Assembly: GCA_963826115.1 (NCBI GenBank)
Contig: CAWGVS010000005.1
Span: forward strand, 1,408,001 to 1,472,000
Length of the DNA: 64,000 nt
Origin: an uncultured Candidatus Rokubacteria bacterium
GTDB lineage: Bacteria > Methylomirabilota > Methylomirabilia > Rokubacteriales > DASRDR01
Reading direction: 5' to 3'
A program made the translations under genes and the position numbers. Position 1 is the first letter of the stretch, and every line of letters begins with the position of its first letter. This document shows, in pieces, positions 37,409-47,101 of this stretch. The notes under the pieces are model-generated. The model searched no databases and was not told the origin of the DNA. It worked only from the letters and a program-made list of their open reading frames with translations.

Positions 37409-38359
37409 TCAGTACTCGACCCGGTCGCGCCGGCGGAGGAGCCAGGTCAGCGCGAGCACGAGGGTCAGCACCACCAAGAACCACACGGAGGCCACCGCCG
37501 ACGGGTACCCGAGGTCGAAGGTGTTCCACTCGAAGGCCCGCTTGTAGACGTAGGTCGACACGGTCTCCGTCGACCACAGCGGCCCGCCCTGGGTCATGAT
37601 CCAGACGAGGTCGAACACCTTCATCTTCCCGATGAAGGACAGGATCAGGAGGCTCAGCAGGGTCGGCCAGATCATCGGCACCATGACGTGGACGAGCTTC
37701 CGGGCCCAGCCGCAGTTGTCGAGGTCCGCGGCCTCCAGGACCTCCTTCGGCAGGGCCAGTAGCGCGGCCAGGCACACCACCATGCTGAAGCCCGCCCACT
37801 TCCACGCATGGGTCAGCATGATCGCCCAGAGGGCGGTCGCCGGGTCGCCGAGCCAGGAGTGCGCGAGGCCTCCGAGCCCGATCGCCCGGAGTCCCAGGTT
37901 CACGAGGCCCCAGTCGTAGTTGTAGATCCACACCCACAGGATGCCGACGACCACGTAGGACAGCAGCACCGGCGTGAACCACACGACCCGGAAGAAGCGG
38001 GCGAACGGCACCCCGGCGTAGAGACCGAGCGCGAGCGCGAGGCCGATCACGACGTCGGCCACCGGAGCGATCCCGGCCCAGATGAGCGTGTTGCCGACCG
38101 CCTTCCAGAAGACGCGGTCCTTCGTGAGGAGCTCGGTGACGTTCCGGAGACCGACGAACTCGACGACCCCGCGGGGCTTGATGGTGTGGACGCTGTTGTA
38201 GAGCGTCCGCAGGGCCGGGTAGAGCGTGAAGCCGACGAAGAGGAGCACCGCCGGCGCGAGGAAGAACGCGATGACCACGCCGCGGGCGTGGTGGACCCCC
38301 CGGCGGCGGCCCCCGGGGGGGCGGGCGGCCTCCGCCGGCGCCGACGGCGCCGCGGCCAT
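37409..38359 (-). CDS. Carbohydrate ABC transporter permease
   Basis: FVGLRN, WLGDP, EAADLDN, TQGGP. Confidence 0.92.
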   Translation of the reverse strand: MAAAPSAPAEAARPPGGRRRGVHHARGVVIAFFLAPAVLLFVGFTLYPALRTLYNSVHTIKPRGVVEFVGLRNVTELLTKDRVFWKAVGNTLIWAGIAPVADVVIGLALALGLYAGVPFARFFRVVWFTPVLLSYVVVGILWVWIYNYDWGLVNLGLRAIGLGGLAHSWLGDPATALWAIMLTHAWKWAGFSMVVCLAALLALPKEVLEAADLDNCGWARKLVHVMVPMIWPTLLSLLILSFIGKMKVFDLVWIMTQGGPLWSTETVSTYVYKRAFEWNTFDLGYPSAVASVWFLVVLTLVLALTWLLRRRDRVEY

Positions 38360-38405
38360 CAGGTCGGCCGACGGCGCCGGACGCGACCGGACCGGAGCAG
38401 GCTCG

Positions 38406-39725
38406 CTACCCCGTGAAGCAGCCCTGGTTCATCATCTCGACGGCCTTGTCGACGGTCAGGAGCCCGCCCGGGAAGGCGGTGTTCATGACCTGCACGAAGG
38501 CCTCGCGGCACTGCCCCTGGATGTGGTCGATGGGGATGCCGATGAAGTATTCGCTCGCCCGGTTCTTCTCCCCCAGCTCCTGGAAGTACCCGGCGTACTT
38601 CCCGGTGACCTTGCTCATGTCCGTCTTCGTCGCCGTCTGGAGGAGGATCGTGCTCAGCCAGCTCGCGCCCATCTCCGGCGTCGCCATCTCGTTCAGCATG
38701 GCGGCGGCGAGCTTCGGGTGCTTGGTGGCCGCGTTGATCGAGAAGCTGGCGCCGACCGCGAGAGTCTTGCACTGGTTGCAGGCCCCGCCGTCCATCGCCG
38801 GGACGCTCATGATCCCCAGCGGGAAGTTGTCCGGCTGGCCGCCCTTGTCCGGCGGCACGAAGGCGCGGGCCGTGTACCAGCTGCCCATCGGGAACATCAG
38901 CCCGCCGGGCTTGGTGTGGAAGTAGTAGTGGGACTCGCCGAGCTTCAGCGTCGCGAAGCTCTTCGGGTAGGCGCCGGCGTCCACCAGGGACTTCACGTAC
39001 GTGAAGACCTGGACGACCCGCGGATCCTTGTAGGAGAGCTTCCCGGCGATGAGCTTGCCGTAGTCGTCGCGCCCGAGCTTCTTGAGGAGCGTCTCCTCCA
39101 GCATGTAGGCGCCGGGGTACGGCCGGTCGCCGACGCCCTGGACGATCGGCGTGACGCCCGCGGCGGCCGCCTTCTTCACGATGTCCAGGAACTGGGTCTG
39201 GTTGACCTGGCCGTTCGGCGGGAGGTCCACGCCGAGCTTCTTCATGACGTCCTTGTTGTAGTAGAGCTCGACGGTGTAGACCTCCTGCGGCAGCGCGTAG
39301 GTCTTCCCGCCGTGCGTCCACACCTTGCGCGCCCACTCGTGGATGTTCTGCCAGTCGACCAGCTCGTCGAGCGGCAGGAGGAACCCGTTGGTGATGTACT
39401 CGACCTGGTCCGGCTCGTCGTAGAAGAGGTCCGGCGCCTGGCCGGCCCGGAGCGCCGTCTTGAGAGCGGCGTAGAGGGCGGGCTTGTCGAACCAGGTGAT
39501 CTTCACCTTGACGCCGGGGTTCTTCTTCTCGACCGCCCGCGCGGCCATCTCGCGCCACGCCACCTTGGACGGCTGGTCGGCCTCGTGGCTCCACATCGTG
39601 ATGGTGATGTCCTCCGCCATCGCGACCGGCGCGACGAGCGCCACGACGAGGGCAACGACGACGCTCGCGAGCCAGACCCCGGCGAGCGCCCCGAACGAAC
39701 GGTCCCTGCGACCCACGATCGACAT
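38406..39725 (-). CDS. Carbohydrate ABC transporter substrate-binding protein
   Basis: Signal peptide, ITITMWS, AGQAPDL, GKTYALP, LYYNKD, MGSW; GGAGG upstream. Confidence 0.9.
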   Translation of the reverse strand: MSIVGRRDRSFGALAGVWLASVVVALVVALVAPVAMAEDITITMWSHEADQPSKVAWREMAARAVEKKNPGVKVKITWFDKPALYAALKTALRAGQAPDLFYDEPDQVEYITNGFLLPLDELVDWQNIHEWARKVWTHGGKTYALPQEVYTVELYYNKDVMKKLGVDLPPNGQVNQTQFLDIVKKAAAAGVTPIVQGVGDRPYPGAYMLEETLLKKLGRDDYGKLIAGKLSYKDPRVVQVFTYVKSLVDAGAYPKSFATLKLGESHYYFHTKPGGLMFPMGSWYTARAFVPPDKGGQPDNFPLGIMSVPAMDGGACNQCKTLAVGASFSINAATKHPKLAAAMLNEMATPEMGASWLSTILLQTATKTDMSKVTGKYAGYFQELGEKNRASEYFIGIPIDHIQGQCREAFVQVMNTAFPGGLLTVDKAVEMMNQGCFTG

Positions 39726-39821
39726 GATGCGCCTCCGATTCTCCAGGCCGGTCATCACGCGACTCCCGTCGCCCGGCGCGCCCGTAGTCCGCGCCGGATC
39801 AGAGTCGCGCAGCCGGCGCTA

Positions 39822-39850
39822 ACGCTAGCCCTCCGCCCGGGGCCCGTCAA
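39822..39850 (-). promoter_or_regulatory. Putative sigma70 promoter of the sugar ABC operon
   Basis: TTGACG-N17-TAGCGT on the minus strand. Confidence 0.55.
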
Positions 39851-39970
39851 GCCGGCCGGGGCCGACGCGCGCGGCGCACGGCGTCGCACGATGGCACGCC
39901 CGCGCGCGCGGGACTATCATGCGAACGCGCCGTCCGGGGCCGGCTCCGCCTCGGCGTCGCGGAGGAGCCG

Positions 39971-40795
39971 GTGCCGTCCGAGCGGATCATCGACTGTCAC
40001 GCGCACATCATCGACCACGCGCGCTTCCCCTTCGGCCCCGGCCCGGGCTACAAGCCGCGCCCGGCCGAGACGGGGACCCGCGAGGCCTACGCCGCGATGC
40101 TCGACCGGCTCGGCGCCCCGCACGCGCTCCTCGTCCAGCCGAGCGGCTACGGCGTGGACAACCGGGCGATGCTCGACGCCATGCGCGCGGTGCCCGGGCG
40201 CTACCGGGCGATCGCCGTGGTGGATCCGGAGGCGAGCGACCGCGAGGTCGAGACGCTCCAGGACGCGGGCGTCGTGGGCGTCCGGTTCAACTTGCCGAGC
40301 TACGATCCCGCCGCGCTCCGCCGTCCCCAGACGCCGGCCTTCCTCGAACGCCTCCGCGCGCTCGGCTGGTTCGCCCAGGTGTACGCCGACGATGCCCAGT
40401 GGGCCGAGGCCGCGCCCATCCTGCGCGCGAGCCGCGTGCGGGTCGTGGTCGACCACTTCGGTATCCACGACCTCGCGGGCGGGGTCCGGCAGCCCGGGTT
40501 CCGCGCGGTGCTGGCCCTCGGCCGCGAGGGCCAGGCAGCCATCAAGCTCTCGGCCGCCTACCGCCTGTCGTCGCAGCCGGGCTACGAGGACCTCGAGCCC
40601 TTCGTGGAGGCGATCGTCGGCGCCTTCGGCACCGGCGCCTGCCTGTGGGGATCGGACTGGCCATTCCTCGGCGTGCAGGAGCACCCGGATCTCGGGCACT
40701 CGCTCACCGCGCTGCGCCGCTGGCTCCCGGACACCCGCGATCGCCAGCGGGTCCTCTGGGACAACCCCTTCCGGCTGTTCCGCTTCGGAGAATGA
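39971..40795 (+). CDS. Amidohydrolase_2 family (LigI/lactonase-like)
   Basis: IDCHAHI, VQPSGYGVDN, GVRFN, DHFG, KLSA, WGSDWP, DNP. Confidence 0.9.
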   Translation: MPSERIIDCHAHIIDHARFPFGPGPGYKPRPAETGTREAYAAMLDRLGAPHALLVQPSGYGVDNRAMLDAMRAVPGRYRAIAVVDPEASDREVETLQDAGVVGVRFNLPSYDPAALRRPQTPAFLERLRALGWFAQVYADDAQWAEAAPILRASRVRVVVDHFGIHDLAGGVRQPGFRAVLALGREGQAAIKLSAAYRLSSQPGYEDLEPFVEAIVGAFGTGACLWGSDWPFLGVQEHPDLGHSLTALRRWLPDTRDRQRVLWDNPFRLFRFGE

Positions 40796-40796
40796 C

Positions 40797-41837
40797 ATGG
40801 TGACCGCCCAGGCTCGCCGATCGACGCCGCTCCGGATCGCAATCGCCGGCGCGGGCATGATCAGCTGGTATCACCTCACCGCGTGGAAGCACGCCGGGTC
40901 GCGCGTTCGCGTGGTCGCGGTGGCGGATCCGGACCCGGCCCGCGCGCGGGCGCGCGCGGACGAGTTCGCCATTCCGAGGACGTACGCCGACGCCGAGTCG
41001 CTGCTCGGCGCGGAGGAGATCGACGCCCTCGACGTGGCGTCCCCGCGCGAGACGCACGCCGCCTGGGTGGAGGCCGCCACCGCCCGGGGCATCGACGTCC
41101 TCTGCCAGAAGCCGCTCACCCCGACTCTCGGCGAGGCCGAGACGCTGGTCCAGCGCGTCGGGAGCCGGATCCGCCTGATGGTCCACGAGAACTGGCGCTT
41201 CCGACCCTGGTACCGGGAGCTCCAGCGGTGGATCGCCGACGACCTCCTGGGCGAGATCGACCTGGCCCGGCTCTCGACCATCTCGTCCGGTTTCCTGCCG
41301 GACGCGGAGGGCCGCCGGCCCGCGCTGATCCGCCAGCCCTTCATGGCGCGCGAGCGGCGCCTCATGATCGCCGAGGTCCTGATCCACCACCTCGACACCA
41401 TGCGCTTCCTCTGCGGGCCGCTCCGCGTCGTGGGCGCGCGGGCGCACCGGACGCTCCCCGACGTGGTCGGCGAGACCTTCGCGGCGATCTTCCTCGAGAC
41501 CGCCGCGGGCGCGTCGGCCTCCGTGATCGGCACCATGGCGGCCCCGGGGTATCCACCCCGCCCGCCGGACCGGCTGGAGCTGGTCGGCCGCCGGGCGAGC
41601 GCGATCCTGGCGGACAACGAGCTCCGGCTCCTCGGGGCCCATCCCCGCACGGAGCGCTACGACCCGGACACGGGGTACCAGGCGAGCTTCGACGGGGTGA
41701 TCGCGCACTTCGTGGACTGCCTCACGACCGGGGCGCCGTTCGAGACCGGCCCCGCGGACAACCTGGAGACCCTCCGGCTCGTCGAGCACGCCTACTGGGC
41801 GGCGGGGCTCCACCGCCCCGGACCGCCCGCGAGCTGA
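40797..41837 (+). CDS. Gfo/Idh/MocA family oxidoreductase
   Basis: IAIAGAGMIS, LCQKP, HENWRF, IHHLD. Confidence 0.9.
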   Translation: MVTAQARRSTPLRIAIAGAGMISWYHLTAWKHAGSRVRVVAVADPDPARARARADEFAIPRTYADAESLLGAEEIDALDVASPRETHAAWVEAATARGIDVLCQKPLTPTLGEAETLVQRVGSRIRLMVHENWRFRPWYRELQRWIADDLLGEIDLARLSTISSGFLPDAEGRRPALIRQPFMARERRLMIAEVLIHHLDTMRFLCGPLRVVGARAHRTLPDVVGETFAAIFLETAAGASASVIGTMAAPGYPPRPPDRLELVGRRASAILADNELRLLGAHPRTERYDPDTGYQASFDGVIAHFVDCLTTGAPFETGPADNLETLRLVEHAYWAAGLHRPGPPAS

Positions 41838-41862
41838 CGGCGGCGCGCCGCCTGGCTCCGGA

Positions 41863-42870
41863 CTACGCGGCGACCGAGCGGGGCTCGCGGCGAGCCCGGC
41901 GCACGATGAAGTCCGCGAATCGGGCCGTCGGGTCGAAACCGACGACGGCCTCGGCGTTGGCGACGAAGTTCGACGTCGCGTTCACGTCGTAGTAGTAGAT
42001 CCGCCCGTCGGCCCGCGACACGAGGTACTCGACGCCGCCCACGTCGATCGACGCCGCGCGCGCGAGCCGGATCACGGTGTCGATCGCGTCCGCGGGTGCG
42101 TCGAAGCGAGTCACCGACAGCCCGGCCGGCGGCGCGACGGGACAGAGGCCGAGGTCGGTGGCGGGCGCCGGCGCGCCGCTCGCGGGCGTGCCGTCTTCGG
42201 GCACCTGGCAGATGTCCGCCGGGCAGAGGTTGAACCCCGCCCCCGCGTCCCGCACGATCCGGATCGCGTAGAGGTACTGGCCGTCCAGCACCTCGACGCG
42301 GACGATCGCGCCGTCCACCGGCTCGAGGTACTCCTGTACCAGCGCCGTGCCGTCCGGCCCGAGATCAAGCCGGCCGACCGCGGACTCGAGCTGCGCCTTC
42401 GAGTCGACGCGAACGATCCCCGCCCCGGAGCCCCCGACGTTGGGCTTCACCACCACCGGAAGCCGCAGCGTGTCGAGGGCGGCCAGCGCCTTCAGCGGGT
42501 GGTTGACGACGACGCTCCGCGGGTAGCGGGCGCCGACCTTCTCGAAGAGCCCGAGCTGGAGCGCCTTCGACTTCTCGAAGCGATACGCGGCGACCGGATT
42601 GACGACCGGGATCCCGAGCGCCTCGTAGTGGGCGAGGAGCGCCTCCGCGTAGAAGAGCACGCCCTTGTGTCCCCGCGTGTGGGACGACGGGCTCGTGCGG
42701 TTCACGATCACCGAGTGCCGGGGGCGTCGGTCCCGCGGGTCGAAGGCGTGGCGCGCGTGGTCGATCTTCTCCCACGGGAGCCCGCGCCGATCGAGCTCGT
42801 CGAGGAGCCGACGCGACCACTCCGGATGCTCGTCCAGGATGCCGATCGGACCCGCCAGCGCCTCGGTCAT
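41863..42870 (-). CDS. ATP-grasp (RimK/glutathione synthetase-like) protein
   Basis: EHPEW, NRTSPS, KSKA, VVKPNVGGSGAGI, LVQEY, GGVEY, DVNATSNF; GGAGG before ATG 42870. Confidence 0.85.
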   Translation of the reverse strand: MTEALAGPIGILDEHPEWSRRLLDELDRRGLPWEKIDHARHAFDPRDRRPRHSVIVNRTSPSSHTRGHKGVLFYAEALLAHYEALGIPVVNPVAAYRFEKSKALQLGLFEKVGARYPRSVVVNHPLKALAALDTLRLPVVVKPNVGGSGAGIVRVDSKAQLESAVGRLDLGPDGTALVQEYLEPVDGAIVRVEVLDGQYLYAIRIVRDAGAGFNLCPADICQVPEDGTPASGAPAPATDLGLCPVAPPAGLSVTRFDAPADAIDTVIRLARAASIDVGGVEYLVSRADGRIYYYDVNATSNFVANAEAVVGFDPTARFADFIVRRARREPRSVAA

Positions 42871-42968
42871 CGCCCCGCCCTCCATGAGTAATCCTATTGT
42901 CTATCGGGATAGCGTGTTTTGAGGATGCCCTTCCCGATCGTGGGTTGTCAAGGGCCAGGTGCGGCGGG

Positions 42969-43733
42969 TCAGTCGAACGTCGCGCGGACGGTTCCGAACG
43001 GGCTGAAGCGCGTCTCGATCCGCTCCCCGGCGTGGATCGCGTACTGCTTCGTGAACGAGCCCGACATGATCCGCTGGCCGGGCTCGATCCGGCGGCCGAA
43101 CTCGGAGAGCTTCTTGGCGAGCCACGAGACCGCCCCCAGCGGATGACCGGTGTCCTCGCTGCCGACCGCGTGGTCGACGCTGCGCCCGTCGATGACCACC
43201 TCGACGGTCGTATCCCCCGGCTCCCAGCCAGCGGGGAGCGTGGTGGCCGGTCCGGTCACGAAGGCCCTCTGCTGGCAGTTGTCGGTGAGCGACTGCGTCA
43301 CGTCCGCCCGGAAGTCGCCGCGGGTCTCGATGATCTCGAAGGCGGGCTGGACCGCGGTAACGGCGACCCGCGCCTGGGCGCGGGTGACGTTCGCGCCTTC
43401 CAGGCGCGTGCCGATCGTGAGGCAGAGCTCGTTCTCGAACCCGGGCTGGATGAGGTCGGTGTGCCGGAACCGGACGCCGCTGTCGCGGTGGCCGCTCTCG
43501 AGCAGGAACCCCATGACCGGCTCGGGCATCCCGAACTGCTTCTGGATCACCGGCGCCGTGAGGCCGACCTTCCACCCCGCCAGCCGCTCGCCGCGCGCGA
43601 GCCACCGGTCCAGGAGGCCGAGCTGGACGCGATAGGCCTGCTCGATCGTGAGCCGCCCCCGCCACTCCTCCGGGAAGTAGCTCCGGCGGAGCGTGTGCTG
43701 CCACATCGACTCGGTGACCGCCTCGATGTCCAT
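42969..43733 (-). CDS. 2-keto-4-pentenoate hydratase (FAA hydrolase family)
   Basis: AYRVQ, GWKVGLT, ENE, PAFEIIE, DN, GHPL, IMSGS. Confidence 0.88.
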   Translation of the reverse strand: MDIEAVTESMWQHTLRRSYFPEEWRGRLTIEQAYRVQLGLLDRWLARGERLAGWKVGLTAPVIQKQFGMPEPVMGFLLESGHRDSGVRFRHTDLIQPGFENELCLTIGTRLEGANVTRAQARVAVTAVQPAFEIIETRGDFRADVTQSLTDNCQQRAFVTGPATTLPAGWEPGDTTVEVVIDGRSVDHAVGSEDTGHPLGAVSWLAKKLSEFGRRIEPGQRIMSGSFTKQYAIHAGERIETRFSPFGTVRATFD

Positions 43734-43737
43734 GCCG

Positions 43738-44526
43738 TCAGCCTCCCAGGCGCACGCGGGCCTCACCGATCCGGCGGCGGGCCTCCGGCGCGTACCAGGC
43801 GTCCACGAACGCGCGGCGGAGCGGCGCGAGGGTCGCCCGCGCGCGCTCCACGGCCGGCGCCTTGAGCGCGGCCTTGATGGTCTCGAAGGCGTCGGCGGGC
43901 TCGGCCGCCAGCCGGGCGCAGGTGCGTCGCGCCGCCGCGAGGACGTCGCCGTCCACGACCTCGGTGACGAGCCCTCGCTCGAGCGCCGCCCGCGGGTCGA
44001 ACAGCTCGCCGCCGTACAGCACCTCCTCGACCGACCGCGCCGGGACCGAATACCGGGCGATCTCGAGCGCCGAGGCGGGAAACGGCACGCCGAGCCGGAT
44101 CTCGTTGAGCCCGAAGCGGCCGGCGCTCGCGCCCATCACGCGCGCGTCGCACGCGAGCGCGAGGATCCCGCCGCCGGCGACCGCGTGGCCGGAGACGGCC
44201 GCCACCACCGGCCGGGGGAACGCGAAGACCCGTAGCATGATCGCGTCGAACCGCGCCATGAAGGCGTCCATCGCGTCGCGCTCGAGGCCGTAGAGGGCGA
44301 CCAGGTCGAGACCGCCCGAGAAGAAGCGGTCGTAGCCGGTGAGGACGACGCCGCGCGCGTCGCGGCTCGCCGCCTCGTCGAGGGCGCCCTCGATGGCGGC
44401 CAGGCTCCGCGGGTTCAGCGCGTTTGCCTTCCCGCAGGCGAGGTGGACGACGGCGAGCCCGTCCTCCCAGGCGACCCGGTAGGGCTCCGTCACCCCATCA
44501 GACCGTGCCCTCGCGGGCCGCGTCAC
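43738..44526 (-). CDS. Enoyl-CoA hydratase/isomerase family protein
   Basis: KANAL, FSGGLDL, GHAVAGG, GLNEIRLG; alternative start 44493. Confidence 0.9.
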   Translation of the reverse strand: MTRPARARSDGVTEPYRVAWEDGLAVVHLACGKANALNPRSLAAIEGALDEAASRDARGVVLTGYDRFFSGGLDLVALYGLERDAMDAFMARFDAIMLRVFAFPRPVVAAVSGHAVAGGGILALACDARVMGASAGRFGLNEIRLGVPFPASALEIARYSVPARSVEEVLYGGELFDPRAALERGLVTEVVDGDVLAAARRTCARLAAEPADAFETIKAALKAPAVERARATLAPLRRAFVDAWYAPEARRRIGEARVRLGG

Positions 44527-45704
44527 CCCTGACGGGCCGCCGCGAGACCGGCCTCGAGCCGCGTCAGGCCCTCGGCCAGGTTCTCGTCCGAGGTCGCGTA
44601 CGACAGCCGGAGGAAGCCCCCGGACTGCGGGCCGAACGCCTCCCCGGGCGAGACCACCACGCGGTGGTCGAAGAGGAGCCGCTCGGCCAGGCGCACCGTG
44701 TCGTGGGTGATGCCGCGGACGTCGGGGAACGCGTAGAACGCGCCGTCCGGCCGCGGGCAGCGGACCCCGGGCACGCGCCCGAGCCGCTCGACCACCAGGT
44801 CCCGCCGCCGCTGGTACGCCTGCCGCATCGTCTCGACGCAGTCCTGCGGCCCGCGGAGCGCGGCGAGCGCGGCCCGCTGGGTCGCGGCGTTCACGCAGGA
44901 GGCCATGGCCTCCTGGACGGGCGCCATGACCTCCAGCATGGGGGCCGGGCCCGTCAGGTACCCGATGCGCCAGCCCGTCATCGCGTATTCCTTGGAGAAC
45001 GAGAAGATCGACACCGTGCGATCGCGGAGGCCGGGGAACGACGCCGGGCTGACCGCCCGGATGTCGCCGTAGGTGAGCCGGCCGTAGGTCTCGTCGGAGA
45101 TCAGCAGGAGGTCGCGGCGGAGACAGATCTCCGCGATCGCGTGGAGGAGGTCCCGCGGGTACACGGCGCCCGTCGGGTTCGCGGGGCTGTTGACGAGGAT
45201 CGCGCGCGTCCGCGAGGTGACCGCCGCCGCCAGATCCTCGGCTCGGGGCAGGTAGCCGCGCTCGGGATCCGTGGGGACGTAGACCACGCGCCCACCGGCG
45301 AGCGCGACGGTGGCCTCGAAGTTCGTGTAGCTCGGGTCGGTGACGAGCACCTCGTCCCCGGGGTCGATCCCGACCATGAAGGTCAGGGCCAGCGCCTGCA
45401 TCGCGCCGACCGTGACGAAGACCTCGCTCGCCGGGTCGACCCGGTACCCGTTGACCTGCTCGATCTTCTCGGCGATCGCCTCCCGCAGGTCGAGGTAGCC
45501 GGGGTTGGGCGAATACTTGGTGAAGCCGTCGTGGAGGGCCTGACAGGCCGCCTCGACGATGTGCGGAGGCGTCGGGAAGCCGGGCTCCCCCACCGCGAGG
45601 CTGACCGCCCCCGGCACGCGTGGCGTCATGTCGAACATGCGCCGGATGAGCGACGCGGGCACCGCCCGCGCCCGGGCGCTGACCCGGTCGGTCGTCTGTC
45701 CCAT
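44523..45704 (-). CDS. PLP-dependent aminotransferase class I/II
   Basis: LAVGEP, NSPANPTG, SDETY, SFSKEYAMTGWRIGY, GAFY, LRLSY. Confidence 0.93.
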   Translation of the reverse strand: MGQTTDRVSARARAVPASLIRRMFDMTPRVPGAVSLAVGEPGFPTPPHIVEAACQALHDGFTKYSPNPGYLDLREAIAEKIEQVNGYRVDPASEVFVTVGAMQALALTFMVGIDPGDEVLVTDPSYTNFEATVALAGGRVVYVPTDPERGYLPRAEDLAAAVTSRTRAILVNSPANPTGAVYPRDLLHAIAEICLRRDLLLISDETYGRLTYGDIRAVSPASFPGLRDRTVSIFSFSKEYAMTGWRIGYLTGPAPMLEVMAPVQEAMASCVNAATQRAALAALRGPQDCVETMRQAYQRRRDLVVERLGRVPGVRCPRPDGAFYAFPDVRGITHDTVRLAERLLFDHRVVVSPGEAFGPQSGGFLRLSYATSDENLAEGLTRLEAGLAAARQG

Positions 45705-45732
45705 CAGACCCTCCCTCGGCGGCCCGCTCGCG

Positions 45733-46080
45733 TCAGGCCCCGGCGACGACGGCGATCTCGACCAGGTAGTCCGGGGTCGCCAGCCGCGACTCGACGGTCG
45801 CCCGCGCCGGCGCGTTCGCCTTGTCGAGCCACGCGTCCCAGGCCGCGTTCATGCCGTCGTAGTGCCGGATGTCGGAGACCCACACGTTCGCCCACACGAT
45901 CTTCGACTTGTTGCTGCCGAAGTGGGCGAGCGCCTCGTCGATCTTGTGGAGGATCTGGGCCGCCTGGCCCTTGGCGTCGAGCTTCGTGTCGTCGGCCACC
46001 GTGCCGGCCACGTAGATGGTGTCCCCGTGCTTGGCGGCGGCGGCGATGCGGGGTCCGACCTTGTAACGCGAGATGCTCAT
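45733..46080 (-). CDS. RidA/YjgF family protein (YoaB-like)
   Basis: IYVAG, MNAAWDAW, APARATVE, LVEIAVVA; AAGGAG upstream. Confidence 0.9.
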   Translation of the reverse strand: MSISRYKVGPRIAAAAKHGDTIYVAGTVADDTKLDAKGQAAQILHKIDEALAHFGSNKSKIVWANVWVSDIRHYDGMNAAWDAWLDKANAPARATVESRLATPDYLVEIAVVAGA

Positions 46081-46130
46081 TGACGGCTCCTTTGGGCGCT
46101 GGGGTGCGAGTGGTATGGGGGCCGGCGGGG

Positions 46131-46976
46131 TCAGCCGAACCACAGGCGTTCGGCGGTCCCGCCCATCACGAGGTCGAGCTCTTCCTTGGACAGAAACGTC
46201 GCCTCTCGAGGCAACAGGTTCCGGCTGCGGACGTAGCCGCAGCCGGCCAGCACGTGGGGGAAGTCCGACCCCCACATGCAGCGATCGGCGCCGAAGGCTC
46301 GCACCGCCGCCTCCGCGAACGGGAGCCCGTCCCGGTACGGGTAGCGGTCCTGGCACCAGTGGTGGAATCCCGACAGCTTCACGTGCACCTGCGGATGGCG
46401 CGCGAGGTCGAGCAGCGCGCGGAACCTCGACTGGCCGAGCCCCTCCGCGGGCACGGGGTTGTTCAGGTGGTCGATCACGACGCGGAGCGACGGAAAGCGC
46501 GCGAGGATCGGCGGCAGCCGCGAGAGGTCGGTCCCCGCGAAGAGGATGCAGGCGATCGTGCCGGTCTCCGCCAGCGCCTCCCAGAGCGGGAGGGTCTCGT
46601 CGGTCCCGAGCCAGGGGCCCGGACCGGGACGCTCTCCCTCGCGGAACGGCCGGAGCCGGATGCCGGTCACGCCCGCCACCCGCCAGCCCCGGAGGACGGC
46701 CGGCGCCTCCCGCCCGCGGGGGTCGATCACGCAGACACCCCGGAACCGGTCGGGGAAGCGCCGGAGGCAGGACACCATGTAGCGGTTGTCCCAATGGTAG
46801 AACCACGGCTGGACGAACACGGCGCGGGCCACGCCAGCCTCGTCCATGTAGTCCATGAACAGCTCGACCGAGGCCGTGGCCTGCGCGCTGTAGCCGATCT
46901 TCATGAGCCCCGCGTCGAGCCCGGCGGCGGTCCCGTCCCAGACGTGCAGGTGCGAATCGACGACGGCGTGGGTCAC
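46131..46976 (-). CDS. Amidohydrolase_2 family protein
   Basis: VDSHLHVW, VQP, GIRL, IDHL, KLSG, WGSDFP; TAACCT 8 nt before GTG suggests a leaderless start. Confidence 0.88.
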   Translation of the reverse strand: MTHAVVDSHLHVWDGTAAGLDAGLMKIGYSAQATASVELFMDYMDEAGVARAVFVQPWFYHWDNRYMVSCLRRFPDRFRGVCVIDPRGREAPAVLRGWRVAGVTGIRLRPFREGERPGPGPWLGTDETLPLWEALAETGTIACILFAGTDLSRLPPILARFPSLRVVIDHLNNPVPAEGLGQSRFRALLDLARHPQVHVKLSGFHHWCQDRYPYRDGLPFAEAAVRAFGADRCMWGSDFPHVLAGCGYVRSRNLLPREATFLSKEELDLVMGGTAERLWFG

Positions 46977-47101
46977 GAACCAAAAGGTTAGCACGGGCCT
47001 TCCCGAATCGGCAGCGGTCACGGCCGCGGCGCCCCGTGCGATACTGCGGCCGCGCCCCGCGCCGCGCGGGCCGCGCGCGTCCACTCGCCGCCGGAGGACC
47101 C

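Noticed and set aside
38226-41837. 1203-aa ORF suggesting a large fusion protein
   Set aside because: Only 40797-41837 (Gfo/Idh/MocA) is real; the rest overlaps other genes antisense or out of frame. The same applies to the N-terminal extensions of ORFs 3446-5875, 10489-12555, 16985-19141, 18373-20751, 32570-34537 and 58124-60784
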